DNA from: Pseudomonadota bacterium
GTDB lineage: Bacteria > Pseudomonadota > Alphaproteobacteria > Caulobacterales > Caulobacteraceae
Length of the DNA: 64,000 bases
Assembly (NCBI GenBank): GCA_040388315.1
Contig: JAZKBZ010000021.1
Location: 1,960-65,959, forward strand
Reading direction: 5' to 3'
In this document: in pieces, positions 59,589 to 64,000 of the stretch
Numbering within the stretch: position 1 is the first letter of the stretch
How the letters are laid out: each line of letters starts with the position of its first letter
The notes under the pieces: model-generated
Told to the model about the DNA's origin: nothing
The model's input: the letters and a program-made list of their open reading frames with translations, nothing else
The model's database searches: none
Program-made: the position numbers and the translations under genes

Positions 59589-60272
59589 TCAGCGTTTCGG
59601 AATGAGCTGCTCGAAGCCGGCGATCAGGCAGTTGAGGCCGAAGGCGAACTGGCCGTCGACATCGCCCCCCACCTCGAAGGCGCTCATCACCTGGGCGAAG
59701 TGGGGATAGGCGCCGGTGGCCAGCATGGCCTTGGCCAGGTCGTCATTGCCGTCGTGGCCGGTCGCCTGGCGGGCGCGCAGCTCGGCCTCCCCCACCGCCC
59801 AGCTCACCACATAGGAAAATCCCGTGCTCATGGCGTAGGCGGCGTCCTTGGGCGACAGGCCCGCCCGCATCAGGATCGCCAGGATCATCTCGGCCTGGGC
59901 CATGATGTTGGGGCCGACGAAGAAGCCGTGCGGCAGCAGCTTGGCCACGTCGCGCCGGGCCAGCAGGTGGCGGCGCAGCTGCTGGGCCATGCGGTAGATG
60001 TCCTCGCGCCAGTCCCGCCCGTCCAGGGTGAAGGTCAGGTCGGCCATCAGGTGGTCGTAGAGCGCCACCTGCAGGGCGTCCTTGCTGGGGAAGTGCCAGT
60101 AGAGGGCCGGGGCCTGGACGTTCAGCTCGGCGGCCACCGCCCGCATGGTCAGGCGCTCGATCCCCTCGCGCTCCAGGACCCGCGCCGCGGCCTCCACCAC
60201 CAGGTCGGGACTGAGCTGCGGACGGGCCTTGGACGGGACGCGGGAGACCATGCCCGTCATTCTGTCATTCAT
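59589..60272 (-). CDS. TetR family regulator with TetR_C domain
   Basis: LTMRAVAAELNVQAPALYWHFPSK HTH; C-terminal FAFGLNCLIAG. Confidence 0.93.
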   Translation of the reverse strand: MNDRMTGMVSRVPSKARPQLSPDLVVEAAARVLEREGIERLTMRAVAAELNVQAPALYWHFPSKDALQVALYDHLMADLTFTLDGRDWREDIYRMAQQLRRHLLARRDVAKLLPHGFFVGPNIMAQAEMILAILMRAGLSPKDAAYAMSTGFSYVVSWAVGEAELRARQATGHDGNDDLAKAMLATGAYPHFAQVMSAFEVGGDVDGQFAFGLNCLIAGFEQLIPKR

Positions 60273-60327
60273 TTAACGTTGTAAATCTCCTTCGCGGGGG
60301 TAGGCTCAGCTTAACGACGTTAAATGA
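60269..60327. promoter_or_regulatory. Two inverted copies of a probable TetR operator
   Basis: TCATTTAACGTTGTAAA (60269-60285) and TTAACGACGTTAAATGA (60311-60327) share ACGTTAAATGA in opposite orientations. Confidence 0.7.
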
Positions 60328-60344
60328 GCCTGGGAGGGCGCGCC

Positions 60345-61718
60345 ATGACCGCCGTCGAGATGTCGCCGAAGCTGGTGGGGTCCGATCCGCCGCCGCGCCG
60401 CATGCCGCTGTTTGGCCTGGACAAGGCCCTGCGCAAGCACCCCTTCCCCACCATCCCGCCGCAGGCCTACCGGGCGCCGGTGCTCAAGGTCCCCACCGTG
60501 GGCGGCCAGCGCTTCTACGTGGTCAGCGACCCGGCCGGGGTGAAGCGAATTCTGCTGGATCATGTCGCCAACTATCCGAAGACCGAGCGCGAGCGGCGGT
60601 TCTTCTCGGCCATGTTCGGCGATGGCCTGCTCTCCACCGACGGCGAGGTCTGGCGCGCCCATCGACGGACCATGGCGCCGTCCTTCTCGCCCCCCAGCGT
60701 GGCCTCCTACGCGCCGACCATGGCCGCCTGCGCCGAGGCCTTCCGCGGACGTTGGGATCAGGCGCCGGAGGGCGCCGAGATCGACGTGGCCGAGGCCATG
60801 ACCGACCTGACCCTGCAGATCATCGCCAGGACCATGTTCTCCACCGATAGCGCCGATGTCGCAGGCGTGGTGCGCGGGGCGATGAGCCGGGCCATGGACC
60901 AGCTGGACTTCAATATCCTCGACCTGCTGCCGGTGGTGGGCGAGGCGCGGTTCAAGGCGCGCGAACGGCGGATCGAGACCATCTTCGCCGAGTTGGACGC
61001 CGCCATCGCCCGGATGATCACACAGCGCCAGGCCGATCCGCAGGGTGGGCCGCAGGACCTGCTGGCCCGGCTGATCGCCGCCCGCGACGGGGAGACCGGC
61101 CAGGCCATGAGCCCCAAGGAGATCCGCGACCAGGTGGTGACCATCTTCCTGGCCGGCCACGAGACCACCGCGGCCACCATGTGCTGGCTCTGGTACCTGC
61201 TCTCCCAGCACCCGCAGGTGGAGGCCCGCCTGCACGCCGAGCTCGACCAGGTCCTGGACGGCCGCACGCCCGGCCACGAGGACCTGGCCGACCTGCCCTA
61301 CGCCAGGATGGTGGTGGACGAGGCGCTGCGGATCTATCCGGCCGCCCCGGGCCTCTCCACCCGGGTGGCCCTGGAGGCCGACGAGATCTGCGGGGTGAAG
61401 ATCCCCAAGGGCGGGATGATCGCCGTCGCCCCCTGGATTCAGCACCGGCACGAGAGCCTGTGGGCGGACCCCGGCCGGTTCGATCCCGAGCGCTTCGCCC
61501 CGGGCGTCGAGCGGCCGCGCTTCGCCTACATGCCCTTCGGCGGCGGGCCCAAGGTCTGTATCGGGGCGGCGCTGGCCACCACCGAGACCCTGCTGATCCT
61601 GGCCACCCTGGCCCAGCGCTACAGCCTGGCCCTGAAGCCCGGCCACCAGGTGGAGATCCTCCAGAAGATCACCATGCGCCCGCGCGGCGGGCTGCCGATG
61701 ATCCTGCGCCGGCGTTAG
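60345..61718 (+). CDS. Cytochrome P450
   Basis: AGHETT I-helix, EALR (ExxR), FDPERF, FGGGPKVCIG heme Cys. Alternative start at 60324. Confidence 0.96.
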   Translation: MTAVEMSPKLVGSDPPPRRMPLFGLDKALRKHPFPTIPPQAYRAPVLKVPTVGGQRFYVVSDPAGVKRILLDHVANYPKTERERRFFSAMFGDGLLSTDGEVWRAHRRTMAPSFSPPSVASYAPTMAACAEAFRGRWDQAPEGAEIDVAEAMTDLTLQIIARTMFSTDSADVAGVVRGAMSRAMDQLDFNILDLLPVVGEARFKARERRIETIFAELDAAIARMITQRQADPQGGPQDLLARLIAARDGETGQAMSPKEIRDQVVTIFLAGHETTAATMCWLWYLLSQHPQVEARLHAELDQVLDGRTPGHEDLADLPYARMVVDEALRIYPAAPGLSTRVALEADEICGVKIPKGGMIAVAPWIQHRHESLWADPGRFDPERFAPGVERPRFAYMPFGGGPKVCIGAALATTETLLILATLAQRYSLALKPGHQVEILQKITMRPRGGLPMILRRR

Positions 61719-61794
61719 CGCCGCAGCCGCTTACGGGGCGGGCGGGAACCGACTATGTGGGATGGGACGTCATTTCCCAGCCCAGGACCGCTTC

Positions 61795-62544
61795 ATGCTG
61801 CTGCACCTCTCCACCTGGCCCGAGATCGAAACCTTCCTTACGCGCTCGAGGACGGTGGTGATCCCGATCGGGTCCAATGAGCAGCATGGGCCCACCGGCC
61901 TGCTGGGCACCGACTGGCTGTGCCCGGAGATCATCGCCCACGAGGCCCAGAAGACCGGCGACATCCTGGTGGGGCCGACCTTCAACATCGGCATGGCCCA
62001 GCATCACCTGGGCTTCCCGGGCACCATCTCCCTGCGGCCCTCGACCTTCATCGCCGCCATCGGCGACTGGTGCCGGTCCCTGGGGCATCACGGGTTTGAG
62101 AGGATCTATTTCCTCAACGGCCACGGCGGCAATGTCGCCACCATCGAGGCGGCCTTCTCGGAACTCTATGCCGAGGCGAGCTTCGCCGGCCGCCCGCGCG
62201 GCTTTTCCCTGAAGCTGAAGAACTGGTGGGAGCTGAAGGGGGTGATGGCGGTGGCCAACCGCCAGTTCCCCGTGGGCCACGGCAGCCATGCGACCCCCTC
62301 GGAGGTCGCGGTGACCCAGTGGGCCTATCCCGACCACATCAAGAGCGCCAACTACGCCCCCCAGATCGCGCCCACCGGCCCGATCCGCGAGGCCCTGGAT
62401 TTCCGCGCCCGCTATCCGGACGGCCGCATGGGGTCGGACCCGGCGCTGGCCACCCCGGAAAAGGGCGGCGAACTGGTGTCGACGGCCGCGGCGGGCCTGA
62501 TCGAGGACGTGAACGCCTTCTCGGCGGAGGTCGCGCCGGGCTAG
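61795..62544 (+). CDS. Creatininase family amidohydrolase
   Basis: PIGSNEQHGP..GTD, FPGTISL, NGHGGN, HATPSE. Alternative start at 61762. Confidence 0.9.
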   Translation: MLLHLSTWPEIETFLTRSRTVVIPIGSNEQHGPTGLLGTDWLCPEIIAHEAQKTGDILVGPTFNIGMAQHHLGFPGTISLRPSTFIAAIGDWCRSLGHHGFERIYFLNGHGGNVATIEAAFSELYAEASFAGRPRGFSLKLKNWWELKGVMAVANRQFPVGHGSHATPSEVAVTQWAYPDHIKSANYAPQIAPTGPIREALDFRARYPDGRMGSDPALATPEKGGELVSTAAAGLIEDVNAFSAEVAPG

Positions 62545-62564
62545 CTAGGCCTTCGCAAGAATCC

Positions 62565-62604
62565 CGTCATCCCGGGTCTCCCCTGCGGGTCGCCCGGGAT
62601 GACG
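62565..62604. repeat. REP-like palindrome, family B (between convergent genes)
   Basis: CGTCATCCCGGG-N16-CCCGGGATGACG. Confidence 0.75.
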
Positions 62605-62660
62605 ATGGATTGGGCGGCCTGGCGAGATCACCCGCCAGGTGGCGCCGGAGGCTTCCGCCC

Positions 62661-63875
62661 CTAGAACATCGAACCGGGCATGGCCAGGCGCGGCGGGCCC
62701 TTCCTCTTGGGCTGGCCGGTCCAGTCGAGGTCCTCGGCCTTCAGCAGGGCGCCGGCGTCCTTGGCGGCGTCGGCCACGGTGATCAACTCCTCGGCCTTGG
62801 CGACGGGCGCCTCATGGCCGCCGCTGGGCGACTTGCCGTCGGCGCCCTTGGGGGCTTTGGTCAGCACGGCCTCCTCCACCGGGAGGGCTTCCTCCACCGA
62901 ATCCTTGGTCAGCGAGGCGTCGATCTTCGGGGTGGTGGCGTAGCGGTCGAGGGCGGCGATCTGCATGCCCTCGGCCTCGGTGCCGAGATACTTGCCGGAG
63001 AAGGCGGGCGGCAGGCCCGAGCCGCCGGTCCAGCGATAGAAGATGTGCGCGCCGATGGTCCCGACCTTGACCAGGCTGGGGCTCCAGTAAGCGGCCACGT
63101 AGTTGGCGTGATAGTGGGTGGCGGTGCCGACCTTGCGCATCACGAAGCCGTTCAGGGCGGCCGAGGCGACGCTGCGGGCCCGCAGCCAGGCGGCTTCCTG
63201 CGGCTGACGGTTCATGGAGCCGTCGCAGGTGAAGCTGAACTGGCAGCCGGTGGTGCGGTTGGAGCCCTGGAAGACCACGCCGCAGACCGTCTTGGGGAAG
63301 GCCGGGTGGCGCATGCGGTTGAGGACCACCTGGGCCACGGCGCGCTGGCCGTCCAGGCTTTCCCAGGCCGCCTCGTAATAGATGGCCGCGGTCATGCAAT
63401 CGATGGCCCGGGCCTCGTCCAGCACGCCGCCGGTCTTCAGCTTGAAGGGTCGGGCGGCCGGATTGGGCAGGGCCGAGGTGGGGTTGGCCAGGTTCCAGGC
63501 GCGGGCCTGGTCGGGATCGAGGTCCTGCAGTCGGATGACGGCGGCGTCGGCCGCGGCGCCTTCCGGCAGGGCGTCGGGATCGATCATCCCACCGGCCTTC
63601 TGCAGGACGCCGCCCATGCGGGGCTCGACCCGGCTGGCCAGGGTCAGCATGGCGGGATCCATGCCGGAGGTGAGGCGGGCGAAGGCCTGGGCCGACATCT
63701 CGCCGCCGGTCAGACGGGCGAGGCGCGCGTTGCGGCCGTCCGGGGCCGCGGCGAAGGCGAGACCGGCTGTGAGCGCGGCCGCCAAGCCCAGCTCCACGCC
63801 CACGAGGTGGATCGCGTCGCGTCGCGGCAGGCGGCTCGAGAGGAGCTGCGAGAGATGACGGAAGCGGTTCAACAC
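62661..63875 (-). CDS. SleB-like cell wall hydrolase (Hydrolase_2)
   Basis: AIYYEAAWE..GQRAVAQVVLNR, VCGVVFQG, CQFSFTCDG, ATHYHANYV, HIFY. Start is approximate. Confidence 0.9.
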   Translation of the reverse strand: MLNRFRHLSQLLSSRLPRRDAIHLVGVELGLAAALTAGLAFAAAPDGRNARLARLTGGEMSAQAFARLTSGMDPAMLTLASRVEPRMGGVLQKAGGMIDPDALPEGAAADAAVIRLQDLDPDQARAWNLANPTSALPNPAARPFKLKTGGVLDEARAIDCMTAAIYYEAAWESLDGQRAVAQVVLNRMRHPAFPKTVCGVVFQGSNRTTGCQFSFTCDGSMNRQPQEAAWLRARSVASAALNGFVMRKVGTATHYHANYVAAYWSPSLVKVGTIGAHIFYRWTGGSGLPPAFSGKYLGTEAEGMQIAALDRYATTPKIDASLTKDSVEEALPVEEAVLTKAPKGADGKSPSGGHEAPVAKAEELITVADAAKDAGALLKAEDLDWTGQPKRKGPPRLAMPGSMF

Positions 63876-64000
63876 GTGATGTCTTCTCCTGGGACAGTGC
63901 ACCGCAGCAAATGCAAGTGGGACGCCATAAACCCGAAACGGGGATCGCGCCACCAGGATTCTTTTATTTTGCATTAACTATGCGTGAGGCGCCGCCCAAA

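Noticed and set aside
60311-60323. CtrA box (TTAA...TTAA)
   Set aside because: Spacer is 5 nt rather than 7; better explained as the TetR operator.
61762-62544. Mycofactocin (MftE) or RiPP cluster with the P450
   Set aside because: No radical SAM enzyme, RRE protein or precursor peptide is visible.

Overview
GC-rich alphaproteobacterial chromosomal segment, most likely Caulobacteraceae (Phenylobacterium/Caulobacter-like; inferred from gene content and order). It is origin-proximal: three parS palindromes lie around mnmE-mnmG-rsmG-parA-parB. Most of the window is housekeeping (holA, lptE, leuS, cenR-like regulator, xth, lolA, ftsK, alkB, dnaK/dnaJ, mutS, glnD, murJ, trpS, pyrF, rsmB, rpe, purH, acs), with short accessory blocks in between. 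No tRNA, rRNA, CRISPR array, transposase, integrase or prophage was seen. Most notable observations: (1) a 14-codon WRW uORF just upstream of trpS, a candidate Trp-sensing leader; (2) a divergent orphan LpxA-like gene and fabV lying between ftsK and lolA; (3) a bacterial Rsm22/METTL17-like methyltransferase with a CX5CX7C...C putative Fe-S motif; (4) two candidate sRNAs (lolA-xth and parB-holA gaps); (5) a ZMP/ZTP riboswitch with an anti-SD expression platform before purH; (6) a TetR-P450 pair with two readable operators; (7) two REP-like palindrome families. All assignments come from motif recognition by eye; no database searches were run.
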